A DNA stretch of 64,000 nucleotides, taken from the NCBI GenBank assembly GCA_029717555.1, contig JAMDHS010000072.1:1-64000 (forward strand), given 5' to 3'. A program made the position numbers and the translations under genes. The stretch is from Peribolospora baueri. Lineage: Eukaryota. Positions 39,728 to 53,061 of the stretch are shown piece after piece; within the stretch, counting starts at the first letter, position 1, and each line of letters begins with the position of its first letter. The notes under the pieces are model-generated. The model searched no databases. It worked only from the letters and a program-made list of their open reading frames with translations, and was not told the origin of the DNA.

Positions 39728-41399
39728 GGCGGGCAGGGGGGAGCGAGCGACGTCCACAGAGGTTCAGAAGGGGGTATGGATTGCGGTAGGGAGATCGAAG
39801 GCCGGCGAGGTGGACGAAGGTGAGCGATGCGGGTGTGCACGAAGCCGGGTAGAGACGGGAGGCCGGTCAAGGTATCGTGAAGGCGAAGAAGAAAGGCGAA
39901 GCAGAGACGGGGGGCAATGCAGAGGATGAGGACGCGATGACGGTGATGGCGGCGCGACTGGAGTGCGAGGGGAGTCGCGAGCCAAGGAGGTGTCGAGGAA
40001 AAAAGGAAGGAGGTCGATGAAGGAGTGGCGGAGGAGAGAGCGTGGGGTGGAATCGACGAGCAGACGACGAACGAGATGCGAGCGTACGGCCGGAAGAAAA
40101 GAAGAGATGGAGCGGCGTGGGCGTCGGTTCGGTTCGGTTGTGGTTCTGCTCTTTGGACGGTCGGACGAAGGAGAAGAACGGACGGTTCGCTTGTTCGGCA
40201 GTGTATTGTTTGCTGATGTCAGGGCAAGCCGGCGGGGTGTCGGTGGGATGGTGGATGGGAAGGGCGGGAAGAAGAAGAAGTTGGGATGATATGTCTGGAG
40301 GGAAAGGCCGAGGCGGGCGGGCGGCAGGCGGTTTGCGGTGGGCGGTGGTGGGCGGGCGGGGCTGTGGGCTGGCAGCGCGAACAGAGGTCTGTGTGTGTCG
40401 GTGTAGAGTAACTGGATAGAGCTAACCAGAGCAGCAGGTGGCGGCGGGGTGTCTGGCGTCTGACTAGAGTCTAGGATGTGTGCTGTCCTGTTTGTTCTTC
40501 TTCCTGACCGCCGGAGAAGGGGGAAGGGGCGCAAGAAAGCGTTTGCTGGGCGGAGGGGGGTTGTGGAAGGAAGAGCGAGACGGAGAGACGGGAGGCGGAG
40601 TGCTGCGGTGCGTCGGCGCCGGGTGGAAAGGGGGGCGGGGAAGAAGAAGAAGAATAGAAGGAGGAGAAGAGGAGGTAGGAGGAGCGACGAGGAGGAGGAG
40701 GACGATGGCGACAACGACGACGACAACGACGAGGAGAAGAAGAAGAAAGAGAGAAAGGAGTTCAATGGTGCGACTTGAGTTGAGCGCCAACCGCCGAGGC
40801 GAGGCGAGGGACCAAGTCGACGCCCACAACACGCCCGCCAGCCAATCACAGCGCGCCGTTCCACGTCGCCGTCAAACGTCAATGACGGAGACGGGAAAGT
40901 GATTGACACTCAAGCAAGTCGGTCAGTCGCACAACGCTCACACCTCTGACGTACGTATGTCAGCGTTTGCAAGGGAACGAGACGAGACGGACGAGCTTCG
41001 TTTCTCAACGTCCACCTCCTTCCGACACCTTCTCCTTGTCGTCACAAGAAGCCAGCCCAGGTCAGACCCGATAATGCGGCTGGACAGACAGAGATGACAC
41101 GAAACGCGTTCTTGCAGTTCAACACTCGACATGGTACGACGGCAGGACAAGACGACATCATCGCAAGCGTCGGCAGTGGGCACGGAGGAGCAGACAGACG
41201 AAGCTGACATCGTCGACACCCTAGCGGCCCGGCCCCACGTGCAGGCAACGAGCGGCCCTGACCTAGGCTTGGGAGGATGGAATGGAATGGCATAAAATAA
41301 AATAAAATGAAACGAAGTGAAATGGACGAAATGTAGTACACGGCCCAACTCAATTCCCCCCCCCACCTCTTCCTCCGCTGTCCTTCATCGCCCCCCGCT

Positions 41400-42582
41400 T
41401 CACTGCACCCAGAACCGGCCGAGCCACAGCCCGTGCCAGACGGCGGCGCCAAGCGCGAGAAGGTTGAGCGACGAGCTGATGCCGTGCAGCTTTCCGAACC
41501 GGGTCGACAGTTCCTTCATCTTGTCGGAGACGCCCTGACGGAAAGGGCCAGACGGACGGAACGGCGGGGCAGAAAGACGAAGACGGTCGACAAATGAATA
41601 TTTTTGCAAGGCAAGGACGCAACTGCCTGCTCACCTCGTCACGGTAGTCCTTCCCCTCGATCTTCTCTTGCTCGTGGCGCTCAAACATCTGCGGGGTGTG
41701 TCCACGTCAAGGACAAAATGGGGGGAGAAACCCATGGGGATGCATGGAGAGACGAGGATGGGACCACGGAAAGCAGATGGAACGACCGTAAGCAAAGACG
41801 CACACGTCCGAACCAACTGAAAGGCCACTCACCACATTCGTAGCAATCGGCCCGACCCACCACTTGTTGATGGCAACGCTTCCCAGAATGGTGAGCAGCG
41901 TCCACACCTGGTTCACCTTCCCGTCCGAAAGATCCGTGAGGAGGCGGCCGGACAGGACTTCAGGGTGCTTGGTCGTAAAGGTCGCCAAGCAGATGGCCGT
42001 TGAGATCGCCTGTGCGGTCAGATGGCGGAACGACCGGGGAATCGACATCGAGTGAAGAAATGGAGAGCGGAGGAGATCGAGGTCAGCCCTTCCGACCATC
42101 CGTCCCATGTTCATCCTCCTTCATCGACAACGAAAGAAAAACGGCACACCTGAAGCGTGAAGTAGGGCGGAAAAAGCTTCGATTGGAGCCTTCCAAATAC
42201 CTGCCGAGCTGGTCGAACAAGGACGAAAAGAGGATATGAGCGATAGCAGCAAGGGAGTACGTCTTCACTTCCGATGCCTCGGGGAATGACCCGATACGAA
42301 GGACAGAGCCGCTTCAATGCTCACGGAGCTCCTTGTACTGATGTAGTCCAGTAGGATGAACGCCCGTCAGTCATGTGCATGCATCCCGTCTACCATCTTC
42401 ATTTCTGCCTCTACCTCTCCAATACGCGGCCTCTTTCAGCTCACCTGAATAACCCCCCCTATGAATGTGACCCACACCTGCACGCCCAGCGCGGTGCCCC
42501 AAGCGAGCAGGTGGAGCGACTCTACGCGTGGGGGGAGAACAAGCTCCCGGACAAGCCCAAGGCCGACAAGCTGGGTGGACAT
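41400..42582 (-). CDS. TMEM205/DUF4149-like membrane protein (multi-exon)
   Basis: LHLLAWGTALGVQVWVTFIG, ELPRQVFGRLQSKLFPPYF, INKWWVGPIATN and FGKLHGISSSLNL. Confidence 0.85.
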
Positions 42583-42820
42583 TTTCGACTGCGGTTATAG
42601 TTCGTTCTTGCCGATGATATATATGATGCAGCCCGCTGGCAGGATATGTCGACGCAAGGGAGAGTGAGTTGGTCGTCACCGACTTCGATCACCGGCTTAA
42701 TATGATCGCCCTGATCTTATCTCCGCCTTGAGCCGCTGATGAATGTGGTCCGTGCCTCCCATCTATCTATCTCTGACTTCTACCATCATGGCCAACCGAA
42801 CGCGGCCCGGGACATAGGAA

Positions 42821-45415
42821 ATGATCGTCCCCGACGGCAGCGGCGGCGGCCCCAACAGCCCTTCTCGCTCGAAATCGTCTTCTCCCTCTCCCTCACCCCC
42901 GCCGCCCACCTTTGCCCAATCATTCATCTCACACTTCTCCTTCGCAGGCTCGCCTTCTTCGTCGACGAGGTCCACCTCTCTCTCTCGGGGCCCGAGTCCC
43001 CCTTCTCATCTTCGCTCTGCTGCTCACCTGCCTCAACGGACGGTACTCACGCGAGAGGAATGTCAGCTTATGAAGGAGGAGGAGGCAAAGCGGTGCTCTC
43101 AATACGATGACAACGACGTTCCTCGGTCATCCACACGTCTCTCGCCCTCCGTCGATCCCCCCCGCTCGTCACCCTCTCCGCCTCTACCCCGCAATCGTCC
43201 TCACACCGTTTCACCGCGTCTGGCATTGAGATCTCATCTTCGAAACGACTCCTATCCACCGCCTTCCCATCCGTCCTCCTCCGCCTCTGATGAGGAGCCG
43301 AAAGTCGTCCACAAAACCAAGGCCTCTCCGAACGCGGGGAAACGCTCCCGTAACCCGCGGAGAAGCGACTCGGAGAGGACGCAGAGGCCCCCGAAACGTC
43401 GACGGGCCGTCGACGCGCCCCTTAAGGTTGATGTCCGGACCAAAGTGCGCAAGCCGCCGAGAGGGTACGCGGATCCCATGTTTTACAGAGACATGGGCTA
43501 CGGAGGCGTTGTGGATCATATTGACTATGGATTGGACGGTGGGTCGGCTGTCAATGTCTTTAGACGGGCCTCGATTGGCTTGATTTGCTTGATAGTTGTT
43601 TCCGGACGCTCACTTGTCTTGTTTGGCGGGGACTTACACATGTCGTTCTCTTCCTCTTCTTGCGACGCGCTCCTCGATTGATCGTCAGTGATATGGTGTG
43701 GTATCAACCCCGGTCTCAAGTCATCTTCTGCCGGCCATCACTTTGCCGGCCCTAGTAATGTAAGTTGCCACACTGTTATTTCTCTCGCGAAAAGGGGAAG
43801 TGCGGCTGTTCGTTCGTCTGCTTTCCGTTCCACATTCACAAGATCTCTGTTGTTGATCATTTGTACCCCATCCCACACCCCCCACGTCCCCTTTTTGACA
43901 TCTTTTCGGCGTCATTTCTACGAGAAGCACTTTTGGAAGGCCCTCCATCTTAGCGGTAGGTGTTCGACTGATATTTTTGTGTATAATGTCAAGGGACTCC
44001 TTGATGGTCGATGTCCGTGCTGAAGCTCTTTGTCTATTTCCTCATTTCATCCGCTTTTCCGCGGTCAGGTTTCACCCCTACCCGCTATCCTCCTACGGAC
44101 GACCATCTTCTTTTACGGCTCTCGCCAATCCGTCAAGGATTGACGAATTTGTGAGCATTGTAGCTGCTCATCGTCATTTCGACCCCCGCTTCTTTCCTGT
44201 CGACTACTCGGCTCATGTCAAGCCGCGTCTTGGTCTTGCGTGCTGCTCTTATACCCTGTCGCTCTCCAGAGTCGGTCGTCCGTCCGCTGAGGATTCAGAG
44301 CTCCTCCCTGCCGAGAAACGAGCGGAGGTTCCCCGGCTCCTGGAAAAGCTCCGCCGGTACCGTCCGCGACTGATGTGCGTCGTCGGCCGCAGCATCTGGG
44401 ATTCCATCGTCCACAGTATCGGCAAGGACCTCTTGGAGTGGAGAAGATTGGACGGAAGCGCGGTCCGCTTGAAGGAAGGGGAGAAGATGCCCAAGTTTGC
44501 ATTTGGCCTTCAGCCACACTGCCTTGTTCACCCTTCTTTCCCTGCGGTCGAGCGGGAGGAGGAGGGAAATCTCGACGACCAAGGCGGCGACGATCGAGAC
44601 GGGAAGCGGCAACGTGACGACGGTCGGGGTCATCGGGTCACGTATTTCTGGGTAGTGCCGAGTACGAGCGGTCGGGTGACCTCGCATAACGTGAGTGTCG
44701 GTAGAAAGCACGACATGTTCCCTGGCTGGCGCATCCGTCGACAACTCAAATTGTCATTTTGGCCCTACCCTCCGCAACTCATGTCTCTGAATGAACGTTC
44801 CGATCGCAGTTGCCGGACAAGGCCGCCCTCTTCCGTGGCTGCCGCGTCTTCGTCGAGCGACTCCAAGAGCTCTACCCCGTTCCTCCGCGCTGTCCTCCTT
44901 CTGCCGTCCATCCTAAATTCCCTCTACGGATGCCGAAGACCGAGCCAGACGGAATCGACGTTCATCTGCCCGCGGTGGGAACGACGTCATCGCCATCTTC
45001 TTCGACTCCTTCAAAAAAGGCGATGCCCGGCCGAATGTCCGCATCGCGCCATTCCCAGATGGCCTCTTATCTCGCCTACATGTCGGACGCGCGTGTCGAA
45101 GGCCTACCTCTTAGTTCTGCCGATGACGGTGGTGAGAACTGGGGCCTTTCCAGGAAGCTCTTCCGCGTCATCGATGCGGACGCCGTGCTGGCTAGGAGGG
45201 AGCAGCTAGTGGAGACGGCGAAGAAGGCGCGAGAGAAGATATTGGCGGGTAAGGTCAAAGGAGAGATCGAGGCAGGGACCGAGGCGAGAGGTGGAGAGGG
45301 GAGGGAGGAGAAGGGTGCAAGCGTGGCCGCTCAGCATTTGAGTGCGGCAGAAGCGGAGGACGACGATGGCAAAGTCAAGACAGAAATAGAGCGAGAGGGG
45401 CTTGGTGAAGATTGA
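42821..45415 (+). CDS. TDG: G/U mismatch-specific uracil/thymine DNA glycosylase (TDG/MUG family)
   Basis: DHIDYGLD/VIWCGINPG..SAGHHFAGPSN/HFWKALHLSG; RPSAEDSEL; RPRLMCVVG; VVPSTSGRV. Confidence 0.92.
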
Positions 45416-46289
45416 TCGACGAAAAGGGCGGGCTGGCTAGGGATGCCAAAGGTATAGACACTTCATACTCTATGTGTTTCGGCGGCACGCAAATTCCTTT
45501 ATTCTCCGGGGCGCAGCGCCATAAGCAGCAGCACTGGTAAAATCGATCCTGCCTTGCACATAGAGACACTACAGCTCGTCCGAGCCAGCCCTACTGGTTT
45601 TTTGCGGGGAGTCTGAACAGGATCGGAAACCGTTGGCGTACACCTTGTGCGCGTTACCAGCCTTATTCTCGACTCACGCTTCGACAAGGTGTGTGGGCGC
45701 ACGGCCGAGAGGGCAAGCCGGGCGTTTGCGAAGAGATAACTTCCTCCGCTCAATGACATGTTTTGCGTGAACGGTGACAAGACTGAGGTTTTACCTTCAG
45801 CTGTGTGAATCCACATTAACGATGCATCGAGAGATGGGCGTTACGTTGAAGGTTTATGATAATAGTGGAGCATCAGTCGAAGGACGGTGTTTTCTAATAC
45901 TTATAGCATCCTTAGTAAGTTTCGGTATGTGTGTTTTACGTCTTTTCAAAAAGATCAGCCCTCTCCTTGTGACACTGCTCGTTCACCAAATCTGGTCTCA
46001 TTTGCGTGTCGTCCCAATGTTGTTTTTTTTTTTTTTTGGAAGATAACCTCCTGTTGCCACATGCCTTTTGGAAAATCCTTATGGGTCCTTGTCGCGATAT
46101 TACGACCTATTTGTGGCTTGCGTGTGATCAGGCTTCTCCAACTTGGTACATAAGTTAGAAAAGACGAGCGACGAATGTACACGACCGACCACTCCGTCCA
46201 CGGTTCGTGTTCTCAAACCTTAAACTAAGCGCTAATGGTGTGAATAAGACGGAAGGGCACCAATGCCTCCTCCCTTGGCACCTGCCGCC

Positions 46290-49077
46290 TCAGTCTGCCG
46301 CGCCGTGCCACTTCTTCGCGACGTCCCAATACCCAGCCAACTTCTCTCCCAAAGCTTCGCGTGCAAAGTTATCGGTGGGGCAGTTACGAGCGCGGAACGC
46401 CTTGAACAAACGATCCCGCAGGGGACCTTCCCAGATGAGTTCACAGGTGTTGGTGGACCAATCGAAGGGTCGGGTGTCTCCCTCGGCGTCCTGTGTCGAG
46501 TTGGCCTGGCGAGATGGACAGGAAGATGCATGATAGAGTGGAAATCAAGCGAAAGCGCAATTAGCAGGTCAATGGGCCGAAGAAGCGGAAACGATGATGC
46601 ACGCGCAAGAGAGGGACAAGAACTCACCCCACGCTCCTCATCACCTTCCCTAGCCATGGGCTCCTCCGTCCAATCAATACGATCAAGCATGAGGTGCTTG
46701 TATCCCTTGATACCCTTGTTGGGCCCCTCGGCGAATACGAGAACAAAGTTGGGATTAAAGATAGTGATGCCTGTAAGCCCGAACTGCTGCGCGTTCTTGA
46801 ACGTTTTAAACTTATGAGATGGGTTGCCGAGGTGCTTGATCCTAGCATAAGGAGGATAGGGCAAGAGACGACGGAAAGCCATACGGTCAACGAGGCGGCG
46901 AGCAAGAAAACGCGGGGAAGGAGAGGAAGAGATGACGTAGGGTGAACATGCCACTCACTTGAATACGAGCGCCTGCACGCCCTTTCTATCGTCCTCCTCC
47001 ATCTTGCGCTCCCTCTTTTCTCTCTTCTGCTCGTCGGTCAGCTGGCGCTCCAAGTTCGTCCGCTCATGCTGCTCTCTCCGCGCCGCCACCTCTCTGCGCA
47101 CCCGAGCTTCCACCTTGGTCGGATCGGCGACTGCTTCCGACGTTAGCACTCGCATCAGGTTGGCGAGTTTGACTGTGTCGACAGCAAGAAAAATGGCAAA
47201 CGCGAGCGAACAAGAACGAACGACCATTAGAACGACAAAGTTCGAGGTTGGCCAACTCATGACCGCACAGGATGTTCCAAGAAGAAGAACGGGACCAGAG
47301 GAGGTACAACTCACCCTTGGGCGGATCAGGCGGCAACAATCCCATCTTGATCCTATCTTGTTTATCCCTCTGCTCGGCCAATCTCCTCTGTCTACGCATC
47401 TTCTTCATCTCCTTCTTAGTGAGCATAACGCCCTTAAGTCCCACCTGGTTCTTATCACCCGGTGCTGGGATGGGGATGGGATGCTGAACGTAGAGGGTGA
47501 TGGGCGAGTTTGGCGTGGAGATAAGCGCAGATTCGAGGTTGTCGTACGAATTGGAGGGGAGGAGGGCTGCGTCCCACCACTCAACGTCGGGAGGAGGTTC
47601 ACGCTAAAGGAGCATCATTCGACCGAAACAGCAAACGACGTGGTAAATACGATCCTGCTCCTGTCCAACCGACGGCGGGAAAGATGACCCAATTGATCGC
47701 TGTCACTCCGTTACTCACCTTCAAAGCCCTCTCGCTCCCCTCCATCTCTTCCTCCATGCCCGCCTTCCTGGCGCTTTCAGCAATGCGCCTCTTCAGCTCC
47801 TCCATCTGCGCTTCCCTCCTCATCTCCTCCGCCTTCTCAGCGTGCCTGCCAGCCTTATTGAACTGTAGCTGACGATGCACGCTCCGAGCCTTGGGAAAGT
47901 GAGAGAAGCTCGGACCACCGCCTTCCTCCTCCCCCGGCGCGGGACTAGCCGTACCCGCGCGCTCAGCTTGCATGGCGGCGAGGTAAGGGTTAACGCGATT
48001 AGCCCCAGGGGTGAAGCCTCTAGACGAGCTGCGGGCGTTGGCCTTGACAGACGAGTATTTCGGAGCGCGGTTGTGCAGGCCAGTGATCGTCGGCGTGGAG
48101 GGGCCGCTTGAATCGCTCATTAGCAGAGGGTGGAGGCCCATCTGTCGGGGCTCCTGAGATACCGCAGGTAACGGGGTAGAGCTCTGTCAAGGGAGTGGAA
48201 ACGGTGAGGTGAGAAATGGAGAGTGCCTATAAATAAGCTCTGTCCGTCGCCTGTCATAAGATCACAACATTTCTTCTCTCACCGATGGACTGGACTTCGT
48301 CGTCGCGGCTCTCTCCGCACGACCCAAAGCTTCCATCGCCCTCCTCTTGGCCTCCGCTACCTGCCTAGCCAACGCGCTGGCATCGAACTTGTCCGCAGCG
48401 CCACCACCTCCAAGGCTGTCTCCAGTCGGTTTGGAGATAGGAGCAGCTCGCACTCCAAGCGGAGTCAAAGCGGGAGACGAAGAAGAAGCTGCAGCTGTGC
48501 CAGCAGGCGCGGATGATGAAGAAGACGAGGAGGCGCCATCCTTGCTGAACGAGGCGAATTTGGCCAGCGCGGCAGCCCGAGCCGCTGCGAGCTTGGCTGC
48601 CTGAGAGTCAGGTACCGAAGGAGAAGCTGCTGGACCTGGAGAAGGAGAAGATGAGGGCGGTGGAACAAAAGACGGTTGGCTCTGGGGAGGGAAGTCATGA
48701 CGGAGACAATTGCGACGGAGAGGAGAGTAGAACGGATGAAAGAGGGGCGAGCCTGGGGTCAGGGGGACTGCTCGACTGTGTGAGCGTGAAAAGTCTAGAG
48801 AGAGATGACGGGGTATGGTACCTCACCTTTTCGCTGTCAAGGTAGCCACCACCAGCAATCAAGAAGGAGAGGAGACCAGAGATACAAGATGACTTTCGTC
48901 AGGAGACCGTTTTTGTTTGCGGAGCAAGCCAAAAACCTTTCTACCAATCCTCGCAGTAGAAGAAATGTAAACTCACCCCTTCATCCGCTTCGTCGCGCTC
49001 TCGGGGCTGGTTGACTCTGGCTCATCCTCGCCAAAAATGTTAGGCCTCTTCCTTGTGGACCTCCTGTTGGACGACAT
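46290..49077 (-). CDS. PRP3: U4/U6 snRNP protein Prp3
   Basis: [74 protein letters not shown] and LMLDRIDW. The ATG at 49077 is inferred from a short first exon (MSSNRR..KRMK). Confidence 0.93.
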
Positions 49078-49238
49078 TGTTGCAAGGACTGGTGAGTGGA
49101 GGAGTGCGACCGACGCGGGTGGTTGGTTGGTGCGTGGGATGGTCTTGCCGCAGCAGGAAGTCTTGCCTGTGTCAACCGTCCTCTAGTAAGTCCTCAAGAC
49201 CACATCAATCAACTGAACCTCCGCTTTTTCTCTCGACC

Positions 49239-50321
49239 ATGCTCCGACAACTCTCTTCTTCTTTGTCCTCGTTGGCAGCGACAGCTGCAGTGTACCGACG
49301 GCAGGCCGTGTCGCTGACGAGTGCTTCGCCGTCGTGCACTCCGCTGGCTCGGTCGTTCTCCGCTCTCGCTTTGTCGCGACCGGCATCGGCTGCGCCTTCG
49401 TCTTCCTCAGCGTCGAGACTGGGCAGTTTCTTTGCGCGGGATCGCCTTTCAATGTACTCGCCGACATTTTCCCTCACCTCATTTTTCCCTACTCTATCGG
49501 CCCTGGCTTCCCCTACCGGTACCCGAAGACACCGCTCCCAGCTCGCCCCTCGCCGCACTAAGTACCGCAAGGCGCACAAAGGCCGGGTGCCCATCCCCAT
49601 AGGCGGCTCTCTCAAAGGCACGACGCTCAACCTCGGAGACTACGGTCTGCGTCTCAAAATGCCCGCCCGGCTGAGCGCTAAACAGCTGACCAGCGCGGAG
49701 ACGGCATTGAAGAGGAAGCTCAAGGTGGTGAAGGGCAGCAAGGTGTTCTTGCGCGTGTTCCCTGACATCCCCGTCGGTGTTAAGGGCAACGAGACTAGGA
49801 TGGGAAAAGGAAAGGGATCGTTTGAGTTTTGGGCCGTGCGGTGAGTCAAGTGGAGCACGATTGATGGAGGTCTCGTTCTCGTTCCATTGCAATCGTCGTC
49901 ACTAGCTTGACGCTAACTCTCGTCTTCCCATCCTGCATCGATACTTCGGTCGTGGTTCTCTCCCCGGCACAGTGTTCCCATCGGTCGCGTTGTTTTTGAG
50001 ATTGGCGGGGCAGAGATTCGACCAGAGCTGGCCAAGGAAGGCGAGTATCATGCCGTATATCCTCGCCGGTGGGGCGCCGCCATTTGGGGGGCGTCGAGTC
50101 GTTGCACCAATGCACAGACATACGGCTAGCTCATCGTCATGCTCCTTTCTGAATGTCGTTTGTCTGTCTTGTCTGCAGCCCTTCGCCTCGCGTCGGACAA
50201 GCTGCCGGTGCCAACCGAGTTCGTAGCCCGGGCCTCGCCGTCCGATAAGCTGCCGGTGCAGACGGAGATCGCTGCGCAGTCCACGACGTCGGGAAAACAG
50301 GAACCTGCGTCGGCGCTCTGA
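49239..50321 (+). CDS. MRPL16: mitochondrial ribosomal protein uL16m
   Basis: [64 protein letters not shown]. Presequence-like N-terminus. Confidence 0.95.
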
Positions 50322-50502
50322 TGTCTATAGAAAGCTCGCTGTAGTCTTCGTTATTGTCCTTTTTCGGACATCTCTGTGGGAAGCAGTTTGGAAGTTGATG
50401 CGCGAGTCCGTCCCGTCTGAGGGAAACATTTGATCGCAGTTCTAGGGAATAGGTGAAAGTCATCAAAGGAACAATACAGGACAAACTTCCGTCCACGGCT
50501 CA

Positions 50503-52225
50503 TCATGGAGACACTATCTCCCACCCGAGGTGCTTCCCCGCCCAGAATGGCACAACCTCCACCTCCGCCGCCTTACCGTCCGCATCCACCTTGACAAAGC
50601 TCGCAGGAATCGCAGAGCCCTCTGCAGTCTTTGCTGCTCTTCGAAGCCTCACCCCATCATTCTTCTCATCCTTAACTGGTCGGCGGTAGAACGCGCGGCC
50701 GTGCTCGCTTACGAATCCGTTCAGCTTGTCCAATGCGCCGAAGCTCTCCAGTAAAGTCGCCACGAGCGGGAGGAGGACAGGCTGCGTGTACACGCCGGCT
50801 GAGCAGGCCAGCGTGTGCGCTGGTGCTGACGCACTCGGTTGCGGCATTTTAGCGCTGATGGGGTGAGGTGCGGAGTCGGAGCCGAGGAAGAAGCGGGGGT
50901 GGCCTTTACAGATATTAGAAGTAAAGGTTTGGGAGGCGCCGACGCGCGAGATCCTCTTTCAACCTCAACGTCTACCACATAAAAGTGTGTGCGGGACTCA
51001 CCTTCCTTAATGACCTGTCGAAGGGCCTCCCGGTCTGATGGGAACTTGGCCACTGGCTTGCAGAAGTTCAGCGGCTTGCCCGCCCAGTCGTCCACGATGA
51101 GCGCTAGATGGTGTGCGGTGATGGTGCAGCCGACTGATGGGCCGAGGGACTTGACCTGCGTGGCATTGTAGGAGAGAAGGAATAAGGAGAAGAAGACTTA
51201 GTCACTCTTTATCATCTTAGAAGTACCAGGCGAAGGCGCACGTCAAGACGAAACCAAAATTCAAAATTCTTACCGTCTCCACAGCAGCCTTGGTAGTAGC
51301 GTGCTCCAGAACGATCCTCAGCCTGGGAAAGTCCGCATGAAGCTTCCTCAAGTGAGTAAGAAAACGCTCTTCAGCGTTGAGTACGCAAGTCCCCTGTCCC
51401 AACACATAAAGGGATGAAAAGGAAACATCGTGGATCAGCGACAGGTACGGGCGAGGGCCAGTTGTAGATATGCTTGGGGAGATACCCACGTCCTCATCAT
51501 TACTCGGCACCTCTCCGTGCAAGTTGAGCACCATGTCGCACTCCTGCATGGCCTCGAAGATGGGGTAGTAAACGTCGTAGGACTCAATCCCACCCGAGCT
51601 GTTTGTCGTCACACCGCGCGGATAAGACTTCACGCCTTTGTAATAATGCCGACGAAAGCGTGGTGGAGATTCAGTTGGTCCTCGCTCGGGCTGAAGGGTC
51701 TCCACCAAGGCCTTGACAAGTATCAAGCAGCACTCCATACACAAAGAACACAAGCTCCAACACTTACCACTAATACCCGCCTTAGCGGCCTTGTGTATCT
51801 CTTCAGGCGTGATATCAGGGCCGAGGTAGAGGGTGACCATGAACTCCACGTCCGGAGCGAGCTTTTGGAGAGATGACTTGTACTGCAGCGCTGCTTCTGT
51901 GCTGCTAATTGGTGGGACGAGGTTTGGCTGCGGTGGAAAATCGAACAGGGAGGATCCACGCAGGGAAACAGGAAGGAAAGGAGCAAGTTCAGCAAGCTCG
52001 GTCTCCTCCCCGAACCTCAACTAACTCTTCCTCCATGAAGGCCGCGCAGAGCTAGAAAGAAGGAAATTGGCAACCAACCATGACATACGCGAGCAGGAAC
52101 CCTCCCTGCTTGACATGAGGAGTCACCAACTCGCTCATGGCACCCTGCCGGAGGTGGACGTGAAAGTCGGCAGGAGAGGGGACGAAAAGTTCATGTACCT
52201 CCATGGGAGGAGCTGAGGTGACCAT
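50503..52225 (-). CDS. URA4: dihydroorotase
   Basis: ADFHVHLRQG, AYVM/PNLVPP, GVKSYPRGVTTNS, LNLHGEVP, IVLEHATT, FCKPVAK, FFLGSDSAPH and AGVYTQP. Confidence 0.96.
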
Positions 52226-53061
52226 GCTTAAGCTAAGAGCGAAGAGCTGGCCTCGGATAGGGTGGGATGCTAGAACTTGAGTTTTGGGTTGAATAGAACG
52301 AAGCAAATGGAATGCCAAGAATGAGTGCTCAACCGGTAAGAAGCTCTCTCTCTCTGAAAACTTCGCACGTGATGTGTACATGCGCGGAGTATAGAGTACA
52401 TACTTTGGAAGAAAACAGGTTCGCTACTGCAAAAAAAGGCCCACGGAAAGGAGCCAGCGTCGAGAGAACGATAGCGGGATGAGAAGCAGGAAACCACAAG
52501 CCCAGAGTTTTCAGCTACGGGAGCTCGACGTCGGTCGATCTCGATCTGCCTCGTTTGAGCGAGCGGCGGCAGGCTCGAGGGAAGACGGCCAGCAGCGCCC
52601 GCCGCCCACAGAGTGCCGCAGCAGACAAACTCTCCGGAGCGTCCGCTCGCCGCGCTTCTCCGCCTCGCCGCGCGGCTGTTTGGCAGGCGATCGAGGGGGA
52701 GAGAGGCTCGTTTACGCTTTTGTCCCCCTCCCCATCGCCTCGTATCGCTCCCTTCACCGCCATTGCTTGCGTCTTTTTTCTTGCCTTCTGACGCTTTTCC
52801 ATTTTGCTTGCTTATTCGTTCCGTCAGTCACCCTAGGACTTGGACCTAAGGAGGATTCGCCAAGAGGTAGTCGATAGCGATCGGCTCTGTAGATTTTCGT
52901 CCGACCGCCCTGCAGAAAGCACCAGAGCAGCACCAAAGGACGCCTAAGAGCGACAGTAACCAACATCTATCAGCGCTCATCGTTCGCATACATGGAAAGC
53001 CGAAGCACGGGTCCGTCTTAATCTTTCTTTCTCTCATCCGGGTTTACCCAGGAAGCCCAAC

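Noticed and set aside
39764..40909. 381-aa minus-strand ORF upstream of the PSR1-like gene
   Set aside because: Low-complexity CT-rich UTR/promoter sequence that lacks stops for compositional reasons.
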